This document shows, piece after piece, positions 9,294 through 19,282 of a stretch of 64,000 bases of DNA (position 1 is the stretch's first letter; the number at the start of each line of letters is the position of its first letter). The notes beneath the pieces are model-generated. The model made no database searches. It was not told the DNA's origin and was given only the letters and a program-made list of their open reading frames with translations. The position numbers were made by a program, and so were the translations under genes. Origin of the DNA: an uncultured Verrucomicrobiae bacterium (GTDB lineage: Bacteria; Verrucomicrobiota; Verrucomicrobiia; Chthoniobacterales; JAFAMB01); contig CAVXLD010000012.1 in the NCBI GenBank assembly GCA_963762565.1, positions 160,001 through 224,000 of the forward strand. Direction: 5' to 3'.

Positions 9294-11402
9294 TTGGGCG
9301 TCAGGATGGTCAACTACAACCTAACTATGTTAGCTGCATTACTTCCTGAGAGCAGCGCTCTTATCGAGCGTTTCTTTCGTCGTTTTCCTAAATTGCGTCA
9401 AGCAGGAGATATTACCCTTGGCGTTTTTGCCTGGTTCGTTGTGGCAACCGGCAGTGCGTCCGGTCAGTCAGCTGTCACCGTCGATCTTTCGCCCATGGTG
9501 GCCGAATCAACGTTGCTCTCCCCAGTCGATTCTGCAAAACAAATTAGTGTAGTGCTGGCACTGCCGTTGGCAGATAGTCAGGGGGCAGCGGACTTTGCCC
9601 AGCATGTATCGACTCCCGGAGATCCTCTCTATAGGCATTACCTAACTCCGGAGCAGTTCGCAGCCAGATACGGGGCTAATCCGGCGGATTATGCCGCAGT
9701 CGAAGAATGGGCGAAGGGTAATGGTTTAGAGATCGTGCAAGAATCTAGTGCGCGAACAGCCCTTACTGTGCGCGGCACTGCCGCCCAATTTGAAGCACTG
9801 TTTAAAACGCGGCTCGATCTTTATCAATCAATCGGCGGCGAGCAATTCTATTCTGCAAGTGTCAAGCCAAGCATACCGGACGTACTTGGTTCTAAGATCG
9901 ATGGAGTAATAGGACTAACCAACAGCGCCCCGCATTCGCGAGGCGCCAGAGTCCACCGGACGTTTGGCGACCATCCGAATACCTCGCCCGTAGGTCCCGA
10001 TACGGCTGGCGGAACGGGCCCGGGCGGAGCGTTTAGTTCAGCGGATTTGCGCACCGCCTATTGCATCCCGGCCTTCGGCGACGCGGAGCCGCAAACTGTG
10101 GCTTTGTTTGAAGAGTTCGGTGCCTACGAAAGCGATGTTAGATCCGATGTCCAGGTCTACTTGAAACAGATGGGATTGTCATTTCCGGCCCTACAATTCG
10201 TGAATGTCGAACATTTGAACAGGGGCTTTGAAAATCTTGCTGTGGAATTAACGACGGTTACCGACATTGAAATGGTCGTTGGAATAAATCCCGCGGTCAA
10301 AGAAGTACTCGTTTACGAAGGAGGGTACAATTTGGAGAACGGGCTTATCGATGGTCTGCAACGCGTGGCCGCGGACAATACAGCCAAAATATTGAACATC
10401 TCATATTGGGCAGATGAAGTGCAGCAGGGTGCTGCCCAGATCGCAGCAGAAAATACCGCCTTGACCCAATTAGCCGCTCAAGGCATCACGGTGCTTGCCG
10501 CCGCCGGGGATGACGGGGCCTATGGCGTGATCGGCCTACAGTCCGCTTTAAATGCACCAGACCCGGGGTCTCAACCCTTAGTTACTTGTGTTGGCGGCAC
10601 GACTTTATACACCGGGCCAGGAGAAGACTATGCAGCGGAAACCGTCTGGAACGACCTGGGACTGGGCGAGGGTGCAACCGGTGGTGGCATCAGCTCCCAT
10701 TGGCGGATTCCCTCGTATCAGAAATCAGCTAACCCCACGGTAAACGGCGGATCTGCCAAGATGCGCAACGTGCCGGACGTCGCGGCAATAGGCGATCCGG
10801 CAACTGGGGTAGCGATTTATTCTAAGATTAATGGCGGCTGGCTCCAAGAGGGCGGGACCGAAATTGCCACACCGTTGTGGGCCGGTTATATCAGCATTCT
10901 GAATGCAGGTCTTGAGTATCTGGTTGGCAGTAAGATCGGCCAATTTAACCCGCTCTTATACAGTACCAGGCCCAGTTTGCGAGACATACTGGACGGCGAC
11001 AACGGCGATCCACAGATCTACCAAATACCCGGTTACGACGCCGGATTGGGTTATGATAATTGCTCTGGCTTGGGCACGCCAGACGGGGGCGCTATAGCAT
11101 GGGATTTACTAACCAGAGAAGAAGGAGGGACGTCTCCCGACGATTTTACCACTTCCAATCAGGTGAGAGGGACTTCGGCGAGGATTTCCTGGACCGCCGC
11201 TAGCGGCGCGACCGGTTATGTTGTCTATCTATACTACGTTCTTCTAAATGGTTATACCTCAGTCGACGATGCCTTCGTCGCAAAAAGTGATCGCACGTTA
11301 GAACTGAAAAACCTACCGCGCGAGGTGATCTACAATTATGTCGTGACCGCAGTCAATTCAGGCGGATTCACATCCGAACTAGGGCAGTTCATAGTGCCCT
11401 AA
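9294..11402 (+). CDS. S53 (sedolisin/kumamolisin) family protein with activation prodomain and FN3-like tail; catalytic residues substituted
   Basis: Prodomain YRHYLTPEQF, AAGDDG, RNVPDVAA, Ca-site GYDNCSGLGTP. It has ELTTVTD in place of ELEAVLD and GGTE in place of GGTS. True start is probably downstream of 9294. Confidence 0.85.
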   Translation: MGVRMVNYNLTMLAALLPESSALIERFFRRFPKLRQAGDITLGVFAWFVVATGSASGQSAVTVDLSPMVAESTLLSPVDSAKQISVVLALPLADSQGAADFAQHVSTPGDPLYRHYLTPEQFAARYGANPADYAAVEEWAKGNGLEIVQESSARTALTVRGTAAQFEALFKTRLDLYQSIGGEQFYSASVKPSIPDVLGSKIDGVIGLTNSAPHSRGARVHRTFGDHPNTSPVGPDTAGGTGPGGAFSSADLRTAYCIPAFGDAEPQTVALFEEFGAYESDVRSDVQVYLKQMGLSFPALQFVNVEHLNRGFENLAVELTTVTDIEMVVGINPAVKEVLVYEGGYNLENGLIDGLQRVAADNTAKILNISYWADEVQQGAAQIAAENTALTQLAAQGITVLAAAGDDGAYGVIGLQSALNAPDPGSQPLVTCVGGTTLYTGPGEDYAAETVWNDLGLGEGATGGGISSHWRIPSYQKSANPTVNGGSAKMRNVPDVAAIGDPATGVAIYSKINGGWLQEGGTEIATPLWAGYISILNAGLEYLVGSKIGQFNPLLYSTRPSLRDILDGDNGDPQIYQIPGYDAGLGYDNCSGLGTPDGGAIAWDLLTREEGGTSPDDFTTSNQVRGTSARISWTAASGATGYVVYLYYVLLNGYTSVDDAFVAKSDRTLELKNLPREVIYNYVVTAVNSGGFTSELGQFIVP

Positions 11403-11452
11403 CGATCAGTTCTCAGAAACTGATCTAACTTGAACTCACAATCTAAATTGTT

Positions 11453-13525
11453 ATGCAACTCGGACACAAAACTAAAACACAATTTCTTTCTCCCGGCGTC
11501 ATTTTGCGCGCCGTAGCGATTTTACTGGTGCTGACACCTTGTGTGGTCGCCGGTCAGTCGGACGCGACCATTCCGCTTTCCTCCATGATCGCTCAAGCAA
11601 CGCGTATATCCGCCCTTGATCCCAACAAAGAGATCAGCGTTGTTCTCTCTTTGCCACTCGCAGACGCTGAGGGAGCGGCTAGGTTCGTTCAGCGTGTCTC
11701 TGACCCAAAGGACCCGCTATACCGTCATTACCTTACCCCGGAAAGTTTCGCTGCCCGATTCGGCGCCAACGCCACGAATTATGCGGCTCTGAAAGATTGG
11801 GCGGTGGCGAATGGGCTGAGGATTTCGCAGGAATCCAGTGCACGAACGGCATTAACAGTGCGTGGCAGTGTCGGCCAATTCCAGACCCTATTTGAGACGA
11901 AGCTAGACATTTATCAGACTGCGGATGGAAAACAGTTTTATTCTGCCAGGTTGGCACCTACTATCCCAAGCGCTATCGCGTCCCAGGTTGACGGAGTGAT
12001 GGGGTTAACCAACAGCATCCAATATGCGCCGTTGGCCAAGATAGGTAAGATATTCGGTGAAAGCCCAATCACACCTGGCGTTCGTACCGACACCGCCGGC
12101 GGCACCGGTCCCGGGGGAGCTTACGCGGCTTCGGATTTGCGAACAGCCTATGGTATTCCCTCCTTTGGTGGAGTTGCGCCTCAGACAGTGGCGGTGTTTG
12201 AACAAGGCGGTTTTTTCAAAAGCGATGTCGCTGAGTACATAAGAACGATGAACCTGCCGACGCCGGACGTAAAATTTGTAAGCGTCAACGGTTACAACGG
12301 CGAGGTGAATGATGCGGGGGTAGAATTAGAGGCCGTGCTCGATATTGACATGGTCATTGGGATAAATCCCGCCGTAAGTAGCGTGCTCGTTTATGAAGAT
12401 GGGAACGACAGTTTCCAGGTGGCGATCATCGACGCGCTGCAACAAGTCGCCTCGGATAATAAGGCCCAAACGCTCAGTATATCTTACGGGCTCGATGAAG
12501 TGCAACAAGGCAACGCTCAGCTTAAAGCAGAAAACTCGGCGCTGACCCAGCTCGCTGCCCAAGGCATCACCGTTCTGGTTAGTTCTGGCGATGACGGCGC
12601 CTACGGCCGGACTGGAACTAGCCACTACCCCGCGCATTTGGAGGCGCCGGACCCAGGGTCGCAGCCACTGGTCACCTGCGTCGGCGGGACCAGCTTGTTC
12701 ACCGCGGCCGGTCAGGTGTACGACGGTGAAACGGTGTGGAACGAGCTGGGCGCCGGTTGGGGTGCAACGGGAGGAGGCGTTAGTTCTTACTGGTCGATAC
12801 CTGCCTACCAGGCACCGATTTACGTTAGCAACAACGGTGGATCTACCACGAAACGCAATGTTCCGGACGTTGCGGCAGTCGCCGATCCATTGGCTGGTGT
12901 CGCCGTCTATTCCCGGATAAATGGCGGTTGGCTCCAGATCGGCGGGACCAGCGTTTCCGCGCCCCTGTGGGCAGGTTACATCAGCATTATCAACGCTGGG
13001 GCGGAGTTTCTTCTCGGAGAGCAAATCGGGCAGTTCAACCCGCTCTTGTACAGCATCGAGTGGAACAGCGTAAACGAAGTGCCAAGCTATTATTTGTACG
13101 GTATCTTCGATGGCACCAACGGAAATGCGCAGCTTTACGGCACGCCCGGTTACAACGCCGGGAATTTTAATATCACTTATTGCAATTGTTGTGGAAACGG
13201 CACTCCCTGGGGCGGGATCTTCGCCTGGGTGGCGTTGCAAAGTTTAGCTACCGGAGGCGCAGAGCCGGGAACCTTTTTTATAGATCCCATCAGTGCACAA
13301 AGTACTTCCGCTACGCTGAGCTGGACCCCGTCTCGTGGAGCCACCGGTTATGTTGTGGCGACATATTATTCCGGACCTTACTTCACATACTCGACAGCTT
13401 ATGTGACAAAGGAGCAAAAGCTAAAATTGACAGGCTTGGTACCGGCGACGATCTATGATGTCTTCGTAACTGCGGTCTATCGGTACGGCTACTCGACGGT
13501 CCTGGCCGCCTTTATAACGAAATAG
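11453..13525 (+). CDS. S53 (sedolisin/kumamolisin) serine peptidase with prodomain and FN3-like tail
   Basis: Signal peptide, intact EAVLD (Glu/Asp), SSGDDG oxyanion Asp, GGTS nucleophile. Confidence 0.9.
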   Translation: MQLGHKTKTQFLSPGVILRAVAILLVLTPCVVAGQSDATIPLSSMIAQATRISALDPNKEISVVLSLPLADAEGAARFVQRVSDPKDPLYRHYLTPESFAARFGANATNYAALKDWAVANGLRISQESSARTALTVRGSVGQFQTLFETKLDIYQTADGKQFYSARLAPTIPSAIASQVDGVMGLTNSIQYAPLAKIGKIFGESPITPGVRTDTAGGTGPGGAYAASDLRTAYGIPSFGGVAPQTVAVFEQGGFFKSDVAEYIRTMNLPTPDVKFVSVNGYNGEVNDAGVELEAVLDIDMVIGINPAVSSVLVYEDGNDSFQVAIIDALQQVASDNKAQTLSISYGLDEVQQGNAQLKAENSALTQLAAQGITVLVSSGDDGAYGRTGTSHYPAHLEAPDPGSQPLVTCVGGTSLFTAAGQVYDGETVWNELGAGWGATGGGVSSYWSIPAYQAPIYVSNNGGSTTKRNVPDVAAVADPLAGVAVYSRINGGWLQIGGTSVSAPLWAGYISIINAGAEFLLGEQIGQFNPLLYSIEWNSVNEVPSYYLYGIFDGTNGNAQLYGTPGYNAGNFNITYCNCCGNGTPWGGIFAWVALQSLATGGAEPGTFFIDPISAQSTSATLSWTPSRGATGYVVATYYSGPYFTYSTAYVTKEQKLKLTGLVPATIYDVFVTAVYRYGYSTVLAAFITK

Positions 13526-13781
13526 CCTCCTGCTCGCGGCACGAGTCTTGGCGGTTGGTTTGTGCTGGAAATGGATGACGCTGGAGCCGTGAATCTTACG
13601 AGGTACGGAGAGATGTTCGGCGTCATCCGTCAGGCCAGAGTGGTCATATCATCTTTTTGCAAAGTGGTATTATTTGACCCTAATCCCATGCTCTGAGGTC
13701 TTGACGATGCTCTGGCCAGTTTGGTAAAGGCTCATTGGCCGGTTTTGCCGGCCATTTGGTCTTACTAACTGGATCAAGCAT

Positions 13782-14438
13782 ATGGAGGATCGTCTGCCGA
13801 CGTCGTGCCGTAGGTTATTTCACGACGGAACGGTTCCATCCAACCCCGGGCAGGTCGAGATAACCCAACTGTTAGGGAGATGGAGAGAAGGGGATGCGTC
13901 GGCTCTGGAAAGCTTAACGGAACGGGTTTACGACCAACTTCGGGATCTGGCAAACCTAGCGTTGGGCAAGGATTGGGCAGCGAAATCGTTGCAACCGACG
14001 GAACTCGTTCATGAGGCATACCTCAAGCTGATGGGCGCCCAGAATGTCGACTGGAACAATCGCTCACATTTCTTCGCGGTCGCCGGGCGGGTGATGCGCC
14101 GGGTTCTCGTGGATCGTGCGCGCAACCGGAATGCTCGGAAACGGGGCGGCGACGCCACAAAGATCTCGATCGAGTCTGGCGCTGCCGATTTTGCTGAGGC
14201 AAACCGCCGGACGGTCGATCTGATCGAGCTGGATTTGGCCTTGAAGGAATTGGAGAACCAAGGCGAAGATTTGAGCCGGCTTGTTGAGCTCCGGTTTTTC
14301 GCAGGGATGACCATTGAAGAGACCGCTGAGGTGCTCGGCGTATCGCCGCGCACCGTCAAACGGGATTGGCAATTTGCGAAAGCGTGGCTCAAGCGGCGGC
14401 TGGAGCCGCAGACAGAGAAAGGGTGCAGGCATGCTTAA
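13782..14438 (+). CDS. ECF sigma factor, TIGR02999/ECF43-like
   Basis: SLQPTELVHEAYLKL, HFFAVAGRVMRRVLVDRAR, KRGG, VELRFFAGMT..ETAEVLGVS.RTVKRDW. Stop overlaps the kinase start. Confidence 0.88.
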   Translation: MEDRLPTSCRRLFHDGTVPSNPGQVEITQLLGRWREGDASALESLTERVYDQLRDLANLALGKDWAAKSLQPTELVHEAYLKLMGAQNVDWNNRSHFFAVAGRVMRRVLVDRARNRNARKRGGDATKISIESGAADFAEANRRTVDLIELDLALKELENQGEDLSRLVELRFFAGMTIEETAEVLGVSPRTVKRDWQFAKAWLKRRLEPQTEKGCRHA

Positions 14439-17334
14439 CAACTTGTCAGGCAATTATCCCCCCAATGAAGTCGCCTACGGTTCGAGGACGCTCAGAAATC
14501 TGTTCGCGGAAGCTATTGAAGTCAGCCCGGTGGACCGGGTTGGCTGGTTGGAACAGAGCTGCGCTCAGAATCCTGAGTTAGCGGAGGAGCTCCTTTCATT
14601 GCTGAGGTATGCCGATGCAGAAGATCCTTTTTTGGAGGTATCGGTTTCTCAATTTGGTCAGGCCGCATTTGAGCGACATCAGGAACTGGAGAATGAGAGG
14701 CCCCAGAGAGAGACTCTTGAGTCTGGGAGTTTAGTCGGGTCCTGGCGCGTTCTGCGTGAGATTTCCGGTGGCGGGATGGGCAGTGTCTATCTGGCGGAGC
14801 GGTACTTCGATGACGATGAATCGTCCAAACAGCGTGCCGCTATCAAAGTGATGCGGCATCGAGTTGATCCGGAGTTGTTTGCTCACCGGTTCCGGCGGGA
14901 GCGCCGGATTCTCGCCCAACTTAATCATCCTTTTATAGCTCGGTTTTTAGAAGGGGGCGCCTTAGAGAATGGATCGCCTTACCTGGTACTCGAATACGTG
15001 GAAGGCGAACCAATTAAAGAGTATTGCCGGAATCAGCGCCTTAGTCTGACAGATATTCTGAAACTCTTTTGCCGGGTCTGCTCGGCGGTAGCTTACGCAC
15101 ACATGAATCTGGTTGTGCATCGTGATCTTAAGCCCTCGAATATTCTCGTTACTCGCGACGGTACACCGCGGTTAATCGATTTCGGGATTGCGAAAGTTCT
15201 GGCGACCAACCAGGACGCGAGTTTGAGAGATGCCACCATTGGGATAGGACCCTGTACACCGCGATATTGCAGTCCGGAACAGGTCCGCGGTGAGGAGATA
15301 ACAACGGCGGCGGACATTTTCTCGCTCGGAATTATTCTTTATGAGCTCATCACCCGGTTTCATCCATTTGATCCGGCGACCAATGACGAAACCACCGCCG
15401 GATTTGAACTGCTAAAAAGAATCTGCGAGCACGAAGCGCGGAGGTTATCCGCCCACCCAGGAAAGAGCAGCGGGATCAAAATTCCTAAATCACAGCGGAA
15501 TGATCTTGAAGCCGTCATTTTGAAGGCGCTGCAAAAACAACCATGCGATCGGTACAAGAGTGTTGAGCATCTGGTCGAGGATATTGAGAATTTCTTGGAC
15601 TCCCGTCCACTCGCCGCCCGGCCGCAGAGTTGGTGGTACCGAACCCGCAGTTTGGTCCGGCGCCATCCTACCGCAACAGTCGCAACTTCGATAACGATCC
15701 TTGCCGGAATAGCTGCGTTGGGAATGATCCTGGCTTCGGATCGCGCGGCTCGGACAGAACGGGATTACGCCCTTCAACAACGAGAACTGGCGGCCACTTC
15801 GGCGCGGAGCATGATCACTGAGCTGGCCTCTAGGCTCCAAGCAATGGCCGCTCCAGTGCAACACCGACTCGAATTGTTAAAGCGCGCGATGCAAGTGTTC
15901 GATCAGATCGATTCTACGGGCCGTCCTGGATTCGATCCCGGACGAAGCGCAGTGCAACGTCGCGCCGAGCTCAGTACGGAGATTACGCTGGCCCGCGCTC
16001 TAGAGGAAATGGGAGATTTCCAGGCCGCTCTTCTACGCACCCAAAAAGCAGAGTCCCGAGCTACAAACCTCATGCAAGGTCAACGCCTGATTCCCGACAA
16101 TCAGCTCGCGATGGCAGGTGTATTTTTGGAGAAGAGCCGGCTACTTTCAAAGGTAGGAGATAAGTCTAGTGCAGAGAAAGCGCTTGATGAGGCTTGTCGA
16201 ATACTGCGAGTAATGGAGGAGGCCGGGGCTACGCCGGCTGATCTACAAGAACGTCTCGCAATTCTAGAGTGCGATTCACGCGTCTTGAAGGGCAAAATGG
16301 AGGATCGCGCGGTTCAACCAGGGCAGGCTATAAAAACGCTATGTGAAGCAGTCGCATTTGGAGAAAGAGCCTTCGCAACACGACCCTGTGACTTTGATGC
16401 CGTCATCTCTTATACGAACAGTTTGCAAGCGTTGGGCAGCTCCTATTTCGAGATCGGTAAATTAGATCTCTTTTTGTCGACGATCCGGAGGGCGCTGAAT
16501 GTTTTGAAGGAAGCGGCAGCGCGGGCGCCTGCTGATATTGCTCTTCAGCGGCGTTCAGACCTGGCCATTGCTCACTGGAGTTTCCTGGTGACCTATGCGA
16601 GTGACTCGGTCGAAAAAGTCAGCGTTCCGGGCGAGTCGCTAGCGATCCTCAGAAGGCTATGTGCTGCCGATCCAGACAACTTCGACCTCTTGCAAGATTT
16701 GCTTCAAGAGCTCAGTAACTATGGTACCTATTTCTTCGACAAGGGACTGTACGAACAATCGGGCAAGCTGCTCAGAGAAGCTGTAGACCTAGCCGAAAAA
16801 TTAACCCCGCAAAAAAGGGGAAGTGTTTTTGCCAGGACTTGCCTCGTCCAGGCCGCGTATAATCTATTTCAATGTTACACGAAGATTCGAGACTCTCGGG
16901 CGGCAGAAAGGTTAAGCAGCGAAGTGTTTGTCCCGTTGGCGCAGGAGCTCGAGAAGCAGACCGCTAGTCCGGAAAACCGATGGGCCGAGGCGGCTTGTTA
17001 CGATGTGCAAGGACAGATTGCCGGCTACAACCGGGACACTGGGCAAGAGAGCGCGTTTTTCCGTCGAGGTATAGAGCTTCTGGAAGAGAATCTCCGTGTC
17101 CGTGACTTGGCAGGCGAACGCGCATTCTATGCGAGCTTGCTTTCGAAATACGGAGAGGCGTTGGGCGAAGCTGGAGAAGTAGAATCGGCGCACGAGTATA
17201 TCCGGCGCGGGCTTGGCATCATGTGTGCACTTCGCGACAGCAAATCCATTATGCTGACTGGCGATCTTTTGAGGGACATTTCTGAGGCCGAAGAAAATTT
17301 GCAGCGATATAGGGGCGTTGTGGGGCAAGAATGA
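14431..17334 (+). CDS. Membrane Ser/Thr protein kinase with C-terminal TPR-like helical repeats
   Basis: GGGMGSVY, AAIK, HRDLKPSN, DFG, TPRYCSPEQ, a hydrophobic segment (TATVATSITILAGIAALGMILA) and a long helical tail. ATG 14431 overlaps the sigma stop. Confidence 0.9.
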   Translation: MLNNLSGNYPPNEVAYGSRTLRNLFAEAIEVSPVDRVGWLEQSCAQNPELAEELLSLLRYADAEDPFLEVSVSQFGQAAFERHQELENERPQRETLESGSLVGSWRVLREISGGGMGSVYLAERYFDDDESSKQRAAIKVMRHRVDPELFAHRFRRERRILAQLNHPFIARFLEGGALENGSPYLVLEYVEGEPIKEYCRNQRLSLTDILKLFCRVCSAVAYAHMNLVVHRDLKPSNILVTRDGTPRLIDFGIAKVLATNQDASLRDATIGIGPCTPRYCSPEQVRGEEITTAADIFSLGIILYELITRFHPFDPATNDETTAGFELLKRICEHEARRLSAHPGKSSGIKIPKSQRNDLEAVILKALQKQPCDRYKSVEHLVEDIENFLDSRPLAARPQSWWYRTRSLVRRHPTATVATSITILAGIAALGMILASDRAARTERDYALQQRELAATSARSMITELASRLQAMAAPVQHRLELLKRAMQVFDQIDSTGRPGFDPGRSAVQRRAELSTEITLARALEEMGDFQAALLRTQKAESRATNLMQGQRLIPDNQLAMAGVFLEKSRLLSKVGDKSSAEKALDEACRILRVMEEAGATPADLQERLAILECDSRVLKGKMEDRAVQPGQAIKTLCEAVAFGERAFATRPCDFDAVISYTNSLQALGSSYFEIGKLDLFLSTIRRALNVLKEAAARAPADIALQRRSDLAIAHWSFLVTYASDSVEKVSVPGESLAILRRLCAADPDNFDLLQDLLQELSNYGTYFFDKGLYEQSGKLLREAVDLAEKLTPQKRGSVFARTCLVQAAYNLFQCYTKIRDSRAAERLSSEVFVPLAQELEKQTASPENRWAEAACYDVQGQIAGYNRDTGQESAFFRRGIELLEENLRVRDLAGERAFYASLLSKYGEALGEAGEVESAHEYIRRGLGIMCALRDSKSIMLTGDLLRDISEAEENLQRYRGVVGQE

Positions 17335-17409
17335 GAACTCAGCGGCTCCAGCGGGCCCAACCGTCACTCCGATTCCATAATCGCTGCGCGGCGAATCCAG
17401 CGCACTAGT

Positions 17410-18630
17410 CTATGCTTTCGCTGGCGGTGTACTCTCGATCAGTTCCAGATACGTCGACTCCAGTTTCCGGATTTGGGTTTCCGAGTCGAATTCCCGGGAT
17501 ACGGTCTCGCCAGCGCGCAGGCTAAGATCTATCACGAGTTGCCGGTTTTCGGCCAATTGGTTCATCCAATGATAAACCCCCTCATGATCCCGTTCATCCA
17601 CCAGAATACCATTATGCAGATGCTCGATTGCCTCAGGGATTCCACCGTGACGAGTGGCAATGCTGCATAGGCCTGTTGCCATAGCTTCCAACAGGCTATT
17701 CGGGATCCCTTCGTTGTCGCCGCCGGAGGTAGTCTCACTTGGATGAATGAAGAGATGGCTCTCATAATAGCGCTTTAGGAGCTCCTCCTTGGTGAGAAAG
17801 CCGGTAAATTCAACCCGGCTGCGGATATCGAGCTGTTGCGCCAATTGCTCCAGCGGTTCACGCAACGGGCCGTCGCCGGCGATCACCAACCGTGATTGAG
17901 GCCAGCGTTGCGAAAATCTGGCGTAGGCTTTCAGCGTCACTTCGACTCCCTTCTTCTCGATTAGCCGGCAAGCCTGTAGAAGCTGGAAACCGCCGCTGTC
18001 TGGATAACTTCTGGCTCGGTAACCGAATTCTGAACTTGGTATACCCGTTCTCTGAATTCGGATTTTATCCCGGCTACATCCAGCTGCGATCAGTGATTGT
18101 TGAATTGACTCCGACCTCGCCAACAGTAGATCAGCTGCTTCGAAAACTTGCTGCAACCGGCGCTGACCGGAAGACGTATTGAAGCCGACGGCAACATCCG
18201 CTCCGTGGAAGGAAACAACTATTGGGATCGCTCGTTTCCGAAACAACGGCAGCCAAAAAACTCCGTTATTGCCGAAGTAAATGTGCAGGAGACTGATGTT
18301 GTAGGCACGGATTAACTTCGAGAATGCCGTGCACTCACCGGGCAATGCCAACTGGGGACTACGCAGGATCTGTTTTTGCCAGATCCGTCGAGCCCAGCGG
18401 AGTTTTGAGCGGCGCACCAAATGGACGTTCGAGTACGGAAATTGGTCTGAGTTTTCGCGTTTAAACGCGAACGCGTGAATTTCTGCCCGTTTGGGCCCGA
18501 CCACTTGGCGGTAGACGTGCCACATCTCCGGTTTCAAGAAGGTCGGGCAAAAGATGCCGATGTTCGGGACGTCCAATTGCTCGCGTGTTGCTAAAGGTAA
18601 GGTACCTGTGCCCTGCCCCATAAATACCAT
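17410..18630 (-). CDS. Glycosyltransferase family 4 (WcaL-like)
   Basis: VSFHGAD, RLIEKKG, EGIPNSLLEAMATG, TRHGGIPE. Confidence 0.88.
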   Translation of the reverse strand: MVFMGQGTGTLPLATREQLDVPNIGIFCPTFLKPEMWHVYRQVVGPKRAEIHAFAFKRENSDQFPYSNVHLVRRSKLRWARRIWQKQILRSPQLALPGECTAFSKLIRAYNISLLHIYFGNNGVFWLPLFRKRAIPIVVSFHGADVAVGFNTSSGQRRLQQVFEAADLLLARSESIQQSLIAAGCSRDKIRIQRTGIPSSEFGYRARSYPDSGGFQLLQACRLIEKKGVEVTLKAYARFSQRWPQSRLVIAGDGPLREPLEQLAQQLDIRSRVEFTGFLTKEELLKRYYESHLFIHPSETTSGGDNEGIPNSLLEAMATGLCSIATRHGGIPEAIEHLHNGILVDERDHEGVYHWMNQLAENRQLVIDLSLRAGETVSREFDSETQIRKLESTYLELIESTPPAKA

Positions 18631-18729
18631 GGCTTTCGTCCGGCCGCTGCCGGATCAGATGGTTGTTTTTCAAGGCGGTGCGAGCCGCACTGGCACCAAC
18701 GAAGGGCCTGCACCTTGAAATCTGGACAT

Positions 18730-18753
18730 AAAAAGGCCGGCTAAGCCGGCCTT
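18730..18753 (-). terminator. Rho-independent terminator
   Basis: On the minus strand AAGGCCGGC-TTA-GCCGGCCTT followed by a T run, 29 bp after the stop of 18782-19099. Confidence 0.65.
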
Positions 18754-18781
18754 CCTGATTTTCCAACGTAACGAATCTTGC

Positions 18782-19099
18782 TTAGAACGTAAACGAAAAC
18801 AACTTCCACACGTTCGGTCGTTCTCTCTTGTTATTGAGAGCGTCGATGGGATTGGACAAGATAACCTGTTGGCCGCTTCCATAGCTCGCGGGAGCACCCG
18901 GGTTTAGCAGTTGATACTTTCTTGGGGCTGTAAACCACTTGTGTACCATGCTTGAGTCTGAGCCCTCCTCAACCGCTGGCCTCGGCGGAATCGGTTGAGG
19001 CCTGACTTTCGGCGTCGTTGTAAACTCCTGGGTCTGAGCGAACACCCCGCCAGCGGAAAAACAAAAAAGAATCAACCCTAGCAGGAATCCTTTTTTCAT
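18782..19099 (-). CDS. Small exported hypothetical protein
   Basis: Clear signal peptide (MKKGFLLGLILFCFSAGGVFA), Pro-rich linker, ends LFSFTF; GAGG RBS upstream. Confidence 0.7.
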   Translation of the reverse strand: MKKGFLLGLILFCFSAGGVFAQTQEFTTTPKVRPQPIPPRPAVEEGSDSSMVHKWFTAPRKYQLLNPGAPASYGSGQQVILSNPIDALNNKRERPNVWKLFSFTF

Positions 19100-19282
19100 A
19101 TGCGCCTCTGTTTCTTATTTCTCACGAAAAATGCCGCGATTTGCTCCACAACGTAACCCTTCTTTGGCGATTTACTAGCACCATCACGTAATACTTAGGT
19201 GTTATTGGCTACTCGCTTCGTTTGGCGCCGCAAGCCGATCGATTGCGTTCTGCAATGCATGAGGTGGTCCAGGTATCCCAGC

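Noticed and set aside
12326..13240. 304-aa antisense ORF
   Set aside because: Lies wholly opposite the intact S53 gene and has no motifs; a shadow ORF typical of GC-rich coding DNA.
14314..14430. Longer kinase start from the ORF track
   Set aside because: Would overlap the sigma gene by 125 bp; ATG 14431 gives normal coupling.
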